Assembly: GCA_049999805.1 (NCBI GenBank)
Contig: JBNGIO010006255.1
Coordinates: forward strand, 95,701-115,700
Reading direction: 5' to 3'
Source of the DNA: Folioceros fuciformis
Lineage: Eukaryota
DNA: 20,000 nt
Below are positions 1 to 10,570 of the stretch, one piece after another (within the stretch, counting starts at the first letter, position 1; each line of letters begins with the position of its first letter). The notes under the pieces were generated by a model. It worked only from the letters and a program-made list of their open reading frames with translations, ran no database searches and was not told the DNA's origin. A program made the position numbers and the translations under genes.

Positions 1-55
1 TCGATTCTCGATTCATCGCAGCACGTTTCGACCTTGCAATCCCGAGCCATGCAGC

Positions 56-1346
56 TCAATCGAAGGTCAAGGATGGCTCCTTCGAGCGGATGAAGTTCAG
101 CAAGGATTCCATGTCACGCGCTCCCATGTACTTGTGCAGTGTCCTCCCTCTGTTGAAGATGATGAGAGTTGGGAAACCCTTGACTGAGAGCTTGTCCGCG
201 AGTTTGGGGAAGACGTGACAGTTCACTTGCGCAAGCTGCAATCGGAATGAAGGAAGATATCAGCGTGTTCCTCACGACCAATCCAGCCATTCCCCTTCAC
301 ACTGCTTCTAATCCGCAATCAAAGCAAAAGCGCACAGCGCAGAAGACGATTCACCTGAACTTTGGAGCCACGCTTGCTCAAGACCAAAGCAAGCTCATCC
401 CACACTGGATGCAATTCTTTGCAGTGCGGACACCAGGGCGCGTAGAAGAGAACAAAAGTCGGTCTGCAGTGCATGCGAGCGCATAATTTGATTGCTCAGC
501 TGGTCAGTATACTTTCTTACATCCATAAGTCGTGACCTCATCTCAATCTCCCACATCTGATTCATTGCACACACAAATTCTAGAGCTCTCACACCGTACC
601 TCCGAGACACCATGTCAGCGAAGTGCTTGGGAGAGAGCTCCATCACAGCAGGCAAAGCCTCTCTCCTACACCAGGAAAAATGCTGTCAGGCTGATGTCAT
701 GGCCAGGAAACCGAGATGTCTGCCGATGCATAGGCCCAAATTCGGCATCTGGGAAGCAGGATAGGATCCATATGCATGATGAGGATCTTACGCACAGGAG
801 GGGAGGCACGTAGTCCGGGTCCAGATCGGAGGTGGTCTGCACCGCAACATGGGCCGTGGCAATGTGGATGCCGGTTCTATCAATGGTGTAGGACGGTAGA
901 ATGGGCAGAAGCCTGGCCACAGCAAGAACGCCGGCTACGGCCCAAGCGGCCATGCCAAACGAGGCCACCGAGTCTTGAAAAGTCCGGCTCTCCCGCCGGG
1001 AGCGGTCGAGAAGGAAGCTTAAGGCAGCGCGATCTACCAAGCTTCTGCGCAGCGCCTCGCCCTTATGCCACATAAAATTCAGTGTCTGGTCCGAAGGACT
1101 GAACCAGGATTGCCGCGGGTTGGGAGGCTTGGGATCTGGTTGCTCGTCGGGACGGGGGCCCTTGTCTGGATTGGATCCTGATCTCGTTCTAAGGATCGTG
1201 CTCCGCAAATCTGCGCACCGACGCGCATTCCGGAGGAATCTCGCAATCTGGTGGTGGTGTGGTGAATGCGAGACAAGACGTGGTCTCAGGCTGGATTTTG
1301 CAGTCCATTGCTGCCGTGACGGAAGCAGAACCAGAGATGTGCCCAT
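56..1346 (-). CDS. Thioredoxin/PDI-like domain protein (WCPHC active site) with a transit-peptide-like N-terminus and one hydrophobic segment, ~301 aa
   Basis: Exons 1346-796, 665-600, 463-355 and 235-56 join in phase through GT-AG introns. The domain reads [41 protein letters not shown]...[30 protein letters not shown]...[14 protein letters not shown], a classic Trx fold with the cis-Pro FPT motif. The last three exons are secure; the start codon and first donor are less certain. Confidence 0.8.
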
Positions 1347-1630
1347 GTTCCGACCACTCGGAAGGAATGCACTCTTAAATCGAACTTGCATATATTTCAG
1401 TTGTTTGAAGGCCAATTTGTAACCCACTCGGGGACAGGGGGTATGTACGCTCATAACAGATCTTCCGGCAATGCATGCTAAACCTCCTCTACAAGAAGAG
1501 CATTCAAGGAGTCTTCCGGAAGAAGGAAGGATTCTTCCAAAACCAAATTCAAGACGTCTTCAAAACCCAACTTCAAACTAAGGCCCGTTGGTATTGATAG
1601 CAAATGTAAATTACACAAATCTTGGTCACC

Positions 1631-2768
1631 ATGGCGCGAAAATTCATTAAGCTTGGAGCCTTGTTCACCAAGAGCAAGAGCATTGACTTCCCATCAAAAC
1701 GACTACTAGAGAAGCACTTCATTTCCACTCTTGCAACATGTCCACCAACTTCTCCAACAAAAGCTACACTCGAGCAAAAACCTGAACCCGTTGTATCAAC
1801 CGCTTCTTCAGCAAAAGTTTCTCACGCACCCTCAAAGACAGCAGACAAAAGCAAAGAATCATCCAAAGATGGAGAGAGACTCGAAGCTAAACCAAAGCGT
1901 TCATCAGATGGGTCCAAGAAAACAAAGAAGGAGAAACCTCCAAACATGAAAAAATTTGACATCTACAGATGGAACCCCGACGTGAAGAGAAAGCCAACCA
2001 TGCATCAGTACGTGATCAATACAAATGAGTGTGGTCCTATGATACTGGATGCCCTGTTGAAGATCAAGAATGAAATGGATCCCGGACTAACTTTCAGAAG
2101 ATCTTGTCGAGAAGGCATTTGTGGATCGTGTGCCATGAATATCAATGGCTGCAATGGGCTAGCTTGTCTGACTGGCATAGACGTGGATCCTTCATCACCC
2201 ACAACTATTACCCCTCTTCCCCACATGTATGTCATCAAAGATTTAGTAGTGGACATGACTAATTTTTTCAATCAGTATAAACAAGTAGAACCTTGGCTGA
2301 AAACAAAAGGCCCTAGTCCAGGAGGCCGTGAATATCTCCAGTCCAAGCACGATCGTGAGAAGCTGGACGGCATGTATGAGTGCATTCTTTGTGCGTGTTG
2401 TTCCACATCTTGTCCATCCTATTGGTGGAATCCGGAAAAATACCTAGGCCCAGCATCTCTTCTCCATGCCCATAGGTACCACCAAACTTTATCATCTCAG
2501 GCTTGTTTCCTCTCTTTCTTTTGATGAAAACTTGTTCAATTCACTCCTTGCTCCATTGCAAGTGGATTGCTGACATTCTTTGCTCCATTGCAGGTGGATT
2601 GCTGACACTCGTGACGCCTATACAAAAGAAAGGTTGGAAATGTTGGCTGATGAATACAAGCTTTACAGATGTCACACCATCATGAATTGTGCTATTGCTT
2701 GCCCCAAGGGCTTGAATCCAGGTCTACAAATATCTAAAATCAAGTACCTACAAGTTACCAAGAAATAG
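1631..2768 (+). CDS. SDH2: Succinate dehydrogenase iron-sulfur subunit (SDH2-1/2-2 type), mitochondrial, 339 aa
   Basis: Exons 1631-2475 and 2594-2768 with a GT-AG intron. Fe-S motifs are present: [28 protein letters not shown] and [26 protein letters not shown] and KLYRCHTI match the SDH2-1/2-2 clade rather than SDH2-3. Confidence 0.97.
2542..2610. repeat. 32-bp tandem duplication spanning the SDH2 splice acceptor
   Basis: cactccttgctccattgcaagtggattgctga (2542-2573) is followed by cattctttgctccattgcaggtggattgctga (2574-2605) and a partial third copy, cactc. Confidence 0.9.
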
Positions 2769-3598
2769 ATGGGAGATAGGTTTCCCTTTCCCTCCATGTC
2801 TACACTCTTTTCAAATAAGGTTTGCTCACCACCAAAAATTAGGCTGGTTTCAACTACTTGTATTTATTCCCAATTTCTTCTTCCTTCTAATATTAGGCTA
2901 ACATTTGGCTATGTTACAAAATAGACTCTAAATGCTACTTAAACTTGACAAACCCATTGTGTGATTTCAGCACTCCTTACACATGGTGAAGTAGATAAGT
3001 GGTGAACAAAGCTGAAGTTTGATTTATTAATTTTTTTTAATTACTATAAATTTATTTCCAAAGTGTTGTATCACTTCAAGATGCATTTGTGATCTCCTTC
3101 TATCCATACTATCTTGGAGATGAGTTTATCCCATCTTTCATTCAATACATTACCAAGTGTGTCTCTATCTTAGATTATTCCTCTTTAGATTTTTTTAGAG
3201 TTAATTTAATTAATTATATCTAAAGAATAAAATTAAATCTATTTGAAAAAAAGTACCTCTTTAGATGTATAAAGTGTAAGGCTCCAACTTTTGATATTTG
3301 CCATCAAAGATGGTCGTCATCCTAGGACCACTTTTGATTCTCGTTCATAAAGAATTTAAAGAATACACATAACAACAACTTTACACAAGAGAAAAGTTGA
3401 TACCAAGACTTTATCAGGATGAGAGATAGAATAGGCGTATGGAGATAAGGGCGCAAAGGCCAGCTAGGTGCCTTATCATGAAAGAAGCAGGAATGGTAAA
3501 GGCAAAAGAAAAAGAGCTATCCTGGAGACATAACGAAATAGTGGGTTCTGGAAAGAGGAGGCGTCGTGGTTGGTGGCTTTCGAGGCTTGTTTGGCAGG

Positions 3599-4099
3599 TT
3601 AACGAAACAGGAACTCGGCCCTGCGCGGCGACAGATGGCAGACGACAGTTGTTAGGCAACTGAAATTGGGAATTGTTCTTTGGAAAAAGGAAAGGGGGCA
3701 GAAGAGACGGAGGACGTCCAGTCCAGTCCAGTGAATACAAAACAGGAAAGGGAAGGGAAGGGAAGGGGAGGGAAGGGGAAGGACAAGGTGACAGTGCGAC
3801 ACGCACCCTTCATCTTCCAACGTGGTTGTACCCGCTTTACCATGGAAACGACCGCCCCCGTCCCACACCGTCCCGCAGCAGCGCCCGCTCTATACCGACC
3901 TCCAAGAAGCAGGAGAGCGGATCGTGAGGAAGGGGAAGCGCTAGCTCTGCCGCTCCACTCCACTCCACTTCACTGGCACGGAAGCCGCTTCGCCGTCCCC
4001 TTCCCCGCCTCCCACCTCCTTCTCCCCGGGAGGGCGCGCTGCCAGGCGCCCGAATTGGCGGCCCGGCCCCTGCTGCCTGCCCATGCTGCCGTAGATCAT
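3599..4099 (-). other. Putative unannotated spliced transcript (small ORF or lncRNA), divergent from GT47
   Basis: Candidate minus-strand introns are 4015-3890 (GTGGGA..TAG) and 3806-3621 (GTGCGT..CAG, with a long pyrimidine tract). One frame from ATG 4099 stays open across both junctions and gives 62 aa. I recognise no homology. Confidence 0.35.
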
Positions 4100-4889
4100 C
4101 GCCCGCTGCCGCTCCTGCTTCCGCTGCCCCTTCCCCTGCCCCTGTCCGCATTTCCTCAGGCAGCCTGTCAGACCTTCCGCTGGACGGGACCCGACATTCT
4201 TCCTCTCGCCGTGGCTTTCGGGAGGGAGCTGGCTGGCTGGCTGGCTGGCTTGCCGGCCTCCGTCCTGATCCGCGATTCCGTGTCCCGGGCCGCACGTGGG
4301 AATTCGTGCGAGAGGGGAGTTGGGTCGTGCGCCAAGGGGATTGCGGGTGGTGGGGGCGATTGCGGCTCGCCACCATGCGGCTGCTCGAGACAATGCGGGC
4401 AAGATCCGCGGACTGGTTGTGATTTGTTGGGGTTGCGGAATTTGCAGAGGTGAGGATGCGGATGAGGAGGGGAGGTAGATCGGACGGTGGGGTCCGGTTG
4501 CGAGGCTGGGATTTGAGGCGGATGGAGTTCGCCGGGCGAGGGTGGGTGGAGATGGTGGTGTGGGTATCGGGATGGAGCGGTTGTTTGGACGGCGCTGTAG
4601 CATGTCCGTGAAGGCTGAGCGGGCGGGGGTTGAGTAGGCTTAGGTTGCAGGGAGTAGGCGTCGGGCAGGCTTGTGGGATGGAGGGGAGGATGGGCGTCAC
4701 GTGGGCGACAGCGGCAGCGCGTGAGCTTGTTGTGCTGAGAAAGTGTGGGAGGACGACGGCAGCTGAAGTAAGAAGCTGACGGGGTTATTGAGTGGGAGTT
4801 TGTGAAGGATTGGGAGCTACCTGCTCGCGTCGCCTCTCCTTGCCCCCTCTCGTCTTTTGTCTCGCTTCGGTTGGTTGGTAGGCAGGATA

Positions 4890-6644
4890 ATGGTGCCCTT
4901 GCGGAAGAATCGCAGGGTGGCCTGCGCGATGGTGTTTCTGACTGTGGCAGTGCTCTACTTCGTGCTCCCTCTGCTCTTTCCCGGGAGCTCTCTGAACCTT
5001 CAGTTTAACAAAATTCAGGAGGGTGTCATGCGTGTCTCGCTTTCACCGAAGCATAGATCCTGGGAGTATGTCGATTCTGGGATCGGGTGCGAGGAGATGT
5101 TGAAGGTGTTCATGTACGACCTCCCTCGGAGATTCAATTTTGGGATTATGAGGCGAAATGATCTGGAGCAGGACGTTCCTTGGCCTCATGACAAGACGGC
5201 TCCCCCTTGGCCTGTTAAATCGGGGCTACGGAAGCAGCACAATGTAGAGTACTGGATGACTGTGGATCTCTTAGGGCAGCGACAGGAAGCAGGGTCTGAA
5301 AGGAGCAGAGCCATCAGAGTGAGCAATCCAGAGGACGCAGATGTGTTTTTCGTTCCGTTCTTCTCTTCCTTGAGTTTCAATACATATGGCAAGGCTATGC
5401 GAGACCCGGATACGGAATATGACAAGGCTCTGCAGGTTCTTGCTCGTCACCGTTTGACGGCTACCACCGTTTTCTACTGCTGCTCTGAGACTGGCTTCCT
5501 TTCTACTGGGCTGCTCTTACCTGTGTGATGCTGTGTACTCTGCAGGCTGAGTTGATGGATATCCTCCGGCATTCAAAGTGGTGGCAACGGTCTCAAGGCC
5601 GGGATCATGTTGTTCCTTTGCACCATCCAAATTCTTTCAGGTTCTTGCGGGACCAGCTGAACGCCTCTATCCTCATCGTTTCCGACTTCGGGAGAGTCTC
5701 TGCAAATATCTCAAGGTTGGCCAAGGACGTTGTTGCACCTTACACACACGTTGTGGCTCCTGCTGCTGACGACGAGGTGGACCCGTTTGAGTCCAGACAT
5801 GTCCTCGTGTATTTTCAGGGCCAGATTGTGAGAAAAGACGTAAATATCCACACCTACCTTCTCCCCCTCTCTATGGCGCTTGTTACATCTGTCAGTACAT
5901 GTGCCAGATGATCTGTTGCACTGACAGTGGGTTGAACTTGGATCATCAGGAGGGCATAGTCCGAACGCTGTTGAAGGAAGTCTTAAATAACCACCCTCGG
6001 GTACACTTTGTCGAGGGTACCGCAACCAAGGAGGGAGTAAAGCAGGTGCACAATGCTTACCCTTGGCATGCGATGAAGGGAATCGGGGGGGGCATGCATG
6101 CATGCATGCTGAGATGAGAGGGCATGGGAATCCTGCAAGTTGTTTGTGTCTTGCATGTGGACGACGGTGTCAGTTTTGTAATCAGCGTTTGTTGCACTTT
6201 CTGCAGGCAACCGCAGGAATGCGAGACTCACTGTTTTGTCTTAATCCAGCTGGAGATACACCATCCTCTTGCCGTCTGTTCGATGCCATTGCCAGCCATT
6301 GCATTCCGGTGATTGTCAGTGATAAGATTGAGCTTCCCTTTGAGGACGAGCTGGACTACAGGGAGTTCAGCCTTTTCTTCTCAGTGGAGGAAGCAGTGCA
6401 ACCAGGTTACCTCCTGACTTACCTTGAAAATTTTGGGAGAGAGCGGTGGTTGAAAATGTGGTCTCGGCTAAAGGAGGTCGCCCACCATTTTAGCTACGAG
6501 GGACCAGCTCGGAGGGATGACGCTGTGAACATGATTTGGAAACAAGTCCAGAACAAGCTACCGGCCGTCAGGTTGGCCATCAACAGGTCTAACCGGCTGA
6601 AGATAAAGGATTGGACTTCCTGGTGGACAGCAGAAGGAAGTTGA
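4890..6644 (+). CDS. Exostosin-family glycosyltransferase GT47 (ARAD1-like arabinosyltransferase), 457 aa
   Basis: Exons 4890-5435, 5546-5839, 5950-6045 and 6207-6644. It has a type II N-terminal TM helix and the motifs [38 protein letters not shown] and [39 protein letters not shown] probable 5'-UTR intron lies at 4768-4885. Confidence 0.95.
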
Positions 6645-7003
6645 CAGCAGAATGTTGAATATTGATAGATCGAACTTGGGATGCAGGAAACTCGATTCCG
6701 ATCTCACTGCGAGAATAATATGCGGGGAGGAGTCGAATTCAAGAGGCTTTGTATGGGATGACATCTGTGATCCGTTGCCTCATCATTCTTTTTCGGATAA
6801 ATGAGCACTTATCCATTGTGTGGCGACATAGCAGAGTGGCCAAGAATGTGCACGCAGTGAGGCGGCACCGAAGTCTGACGTTTAAAAGCAGATGAGAAAA
6901 ATACAAAGATTGCACGGTGCCGTACGTGTTAGGATGAGGCCTCTGTGTGTGAGATCTGCTGCCAAGTGTTTAAGTAGCTTCTTGCTCTTTTTGATAGTCA
7001 GTT

Positions 7004-8588
7004 CTACTTGACAATGAGGACTGCGGAATTTGCAACACCGTAAGACAGAGATCTGGCCGTCTCGAAAAAATGTGCAACGCTTTCTTCGGGAGTGCCCACC
7101 AGGACTCCATGACCGAGATTCAAGATGTGGCCTCTGCTCCCGGCCTTGCTCACAACACTGCAACCAATCCAGATGTCAGATTCTGTGGTGGAAAGGACAA
7201 GTCTGTAGATACGAAAGCTGAGTTCTGTGCAAGTTAGTACCTTTGAATAGCTTCTGTAACAGCATCCAACGGAGCAAAGAGCACAGCCGGATCCACGTTG
7301 CCTTGCACAGCTACGGAGTCACCTAGTCGCCTCCTACCATCAGCCATGTCAATGGTCCAGTCTAAGCCAATCACATCCACAGGGATTTCGCGCATGCGTT
7401 CCAGTAGGCCCCCACTCCCGTTGGCGTAGAGAACCAGGGGCACTCCCGGATAGGTCTCGCGCACCTTGCTCACCACCTGCACACAGTGTGCAAGCCTCAG
7501 TTTCAGGCGCTGTTCTTAGCACCACGATCTGTCAGCTCACAGCGTTGTGTTAGTGGCAAGCACTCTGTCTGCTGTTACCTGCCGGATGTAAGGCTTCGAC
7601 CAGATATCCCACTGCTCAGGGGTAAGCTGACCGCCCCAGGAATCAAATATTTGGACGCACTGTGCTCCAGACCTGATTTGGTAGCCTACATACTCGGCTA
7701 TGTTGTCGGCCAGATGAGAAAGCAGACTGTGCAGCACAGCAGGCGCTTTGTATATCATGCTCTTGATCTTGGTGTATGTACGCGTAGATCCACCCTCCAC
7801 CACGTATGTTGCTAGAGTATACGGGGAGCCCACGAAGCCAAGTACAGCAGCCCCATCACCGACCTGCAATTGCAATCCACCCACAAAGGTAAGCTCACTG
7901 AACTGTGTACAGCTCCGGAGGCGGTGGAGAGATCCCAGACATCACCTCTTTCCTCAGGATGCTCAATGACTCTCCTACAAAGTGCAACTTGTCCAGCTCA
8001 ATCTTGTGCAGAGCTGAGAGGCCTTCCTCTGACCTAATGGGCTTCTCCAGCACAGGCCCCTTAACTTCATCAATCTCGAACTCGATCCCTAGTGCCGGCA
8101 AAGGTGTGAGGATATCTGAGAATAAGATCACTCCGTCCGGCTTAAACGCCTTCCAGGGCTGCAACGATATCTCCACTATCAGGTCCGTCTGCTCCGACCT
8201 CTCCCTGAAGGAAGGATGCTTCTCCGCAAGCTTCCTGTACGCAGCCATGTACCTGCCAGCCTGCCGCATCATCCATGCTGGAGGGCGGGAGATCTTTTCT
8301 CCTCTTGCGGCCTTCACCAGCAATGGCTCTGTCACCAAAGGAGAAGGAAAATGTGGTCAGTCAGTTGGGTCCAACCGAATACCAAGTGCTGGACTTTCTC
8401 CCGCATTCTTCAGGTAGCTTGAACAAAGTACCCTCAGAGGATTGACATTTTGTGACGGGTAAGGAGCTGAATTGAGAATGGGCGGCATTTCGCCCGCAGG
8501 ACTGCCGAAGATTGAGTGTCTCCCCAACAAATGTGCTGCACTTGCTCCCCGCCCCCGCCAACGAGCTGCTCCACAAGCCGGAAATCAT
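7004..8588 (-). CDS. HEME1: Uroporphyrinogen decarboxylase 1, chloroplastic, 404 aa
   Basis: Exons 8588-8432, 8328-7946, 7863-7579, 7476-7241 and 7157-7004. Motifs: [48 protein letters not shown] and HILNLGHG. A Ser-rich transit peptide precedes the domain. Confidence 0.97.
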
Positions 8589-8791
8589 CGAGCTGTCTGG
8601 AATGGCGTACAACCAGTCCAACGGAGCGATTACTCAGGGTGGCACGAAGCCCGGGATTCACATTTCAACCTGGAGCCCGAAGAGATTGGAGCGAGGATCC
8701 CGGGAAGATAGGATCAGAAAGAAACGTTTCGACTTCAGTACATACTGTACATGCACAGTTGTCCCGGTTACCGCCCACAACAGAGTTTCTT

Positions 8792-10475
8792 TCACTTAAG
8801 GACGTCCGCTGGGTGGGACGTAGACGGAGCCACCTCAACCGGTTGGACCGTGAAACCTGCCCTTTCGCAAGCCGCCTGAAGTTGCTCTGCTTGGAGTTCG
8901 CCATTCGGGCACATTGCGACTACGGCTCCTCCACTACCAGTGAATTTGCATGCAGCACCCACGCTTCTTGCCGTTTCCACCATTTGAATGTTAAGCTTGC
9001 CAAGAACTCTGTCTCCGAATATTTGCCTGCAGCAAATTGTGGATGAAGAATGTCACGGCTTGTCCCACAGGCCAAAAGCAGAGGACATGTGACTGGCAAA
9101 GTGAAGTACCTGCGAAGATCAAAGTTGCGATCCATGAGCCTGGCGAGGCTGTCATTGTCATGCGCAAGCAGGGCAGCACGTCCTTGCACAGCCAGATCTG
9201 CAATCTCAGCCATCAGCTTTGTTACTGTTTTGTCACCTTCCGCCCACCTTTTCCTGACAGTACTGTGGACCTGTGACATCGGAGGCTTCTTTAGAAGGCT
9301 TCGGTAGGGCGCCACGTCATTGATGATTCACAAACAAGCAGTCACAGTCATGTCATCGTCGCAACAATTAGAGCCTGTCTACGGTGGTGGTGGTGCTGGG
9401 AAAATGACAACCAAACCGGACTTTCAGGATAGCAGAGTACAAGCCTTTCCAGAGTCGCTTGGGTTGTTGGTGTAAATAAGGTAAAGGGGTGGAAGCAACT
9501 GATGATCCATTGGTGTGTAAATCCCATGACCGAGGCTCTCCATTGCCTGTTTGTTGAAATCCTGCATGCAGCATTGCACCACCCCGTCTAAGCAGCATCT
9601 CAGACCCACCAAGTCTTGAAGCACTCATCTGCCGCTTGCCTGCTGATGTGGTGACAACCGAAACAAACCATGTAGACTAATCCGCCATAGACCTGCACCA
9701 CACGATCTTGCAGACCTGCTGTGATACCCAGCTCTTCTTCTGCTCTTAAAATTAGGCTTGGTCGAAACTCCATCTGTACGAGGTGTCCCACACCATAAAA
9801 CTCTAACAGGCAGTTCATGGCTGCGCATACAATGGCACTGGAGCCTGATAGTCCTGCCTGAAGCACAACCATCTCATATTAGCAAACAATATCTTGCAAC
9901 CAAGGGTCACAACAATCAGTCTCAAACGAACGGGACCACCCAGGCTACCTGTCTGGGAATGTTGGTATCATATGACAAGGTAAAGTTCTTCTCAGGAAGC
10001 TTGATATTGCTTTCCACACAAAATTTGAAGAACACCTCCGAAGTGGCCATCAGCAGCCTAAGCCCTCCATAGTAGCCCTGTGACTGAACGTGTTCGGCCT
10101 GTAGACCTCTGGCAAGTTGGTCAACCCTTGCACGAAGTAGCAGTAACCTCTAGCCATGGTCCAGTGAACTTTTGAGTGAACAACAGATACTAGCAGCATG
10201 AGAATATCAACATACAAAAATCTCCTTAATTAACGCACCAGTTGGCCGAGCGACGTGAATTCACACGGATCGTGTGTCGGATGTGGCCTGAGAGCAAGTC
10301 TGGGTGATGGTTGGACAGAAGCAGAGGCCCAGAAATTTGCCAGAGAGAATGACAAAGTGTTGCCATAGTAGGCGTCACTAGGATTTCCTAGCAGGCCAAC
10401 CCTGGCAAAGACCCGGTGTTCAATTGGCTTGTCACCACGGCCGCTCGGCTCGCTGTCTGCTAATTCTGCATCCAT
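8792..10475 (-). CDS. GLCAK: Glucuronokinase (GHMP kinase family), 362 aa
   Basis: Exons 10475-10239, 10098-9949, 9857-9669, 9561-9445, 9270-9110 and 9026-8792. Motifs: [53 protein letters not shown] and KFTGSGGA. Intron 4 is GC-AG. Confidence 0.96.
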
Positions 10476-10570
10476 GGCGGACTGTTTGAGCGTTATCAAG
10501 CCCTAAGGCAGCGGGTGGACGAAGTAGTCCATTTTTGTGACCGTACAGTGGCTGAATTGCGACAGAAGGT

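Noticed and set aside
2476-2593. rps14 exon inside the SDH2 intron, as in grasses
   Set aside because: The intron is only 118 nt and no RPS14-like peptide is visible in or after the gene.
3180-3266. Short inverted and direct repeats (tctttagat / atctaaaga) as a MITE
   Set aside because: Only 9-11 bp in very AT-rich DNA, with no definable terminal repeats or target-site duplication.
3680-4700. Long unspliced ORFs on both strands (257, 287 and 220 aa)
   Set aside because: They are low complexity, run through microsatellites and have no domain. High GC and skew explain them. Only a spliced sub-model is kept, at low confidence.
4733-4750. GCTGAGAAAGT resembling the TPP riboswitch core
   Set aside because: The downstream CCCT-TTGAACCTGA-TAATGC elements are missing.
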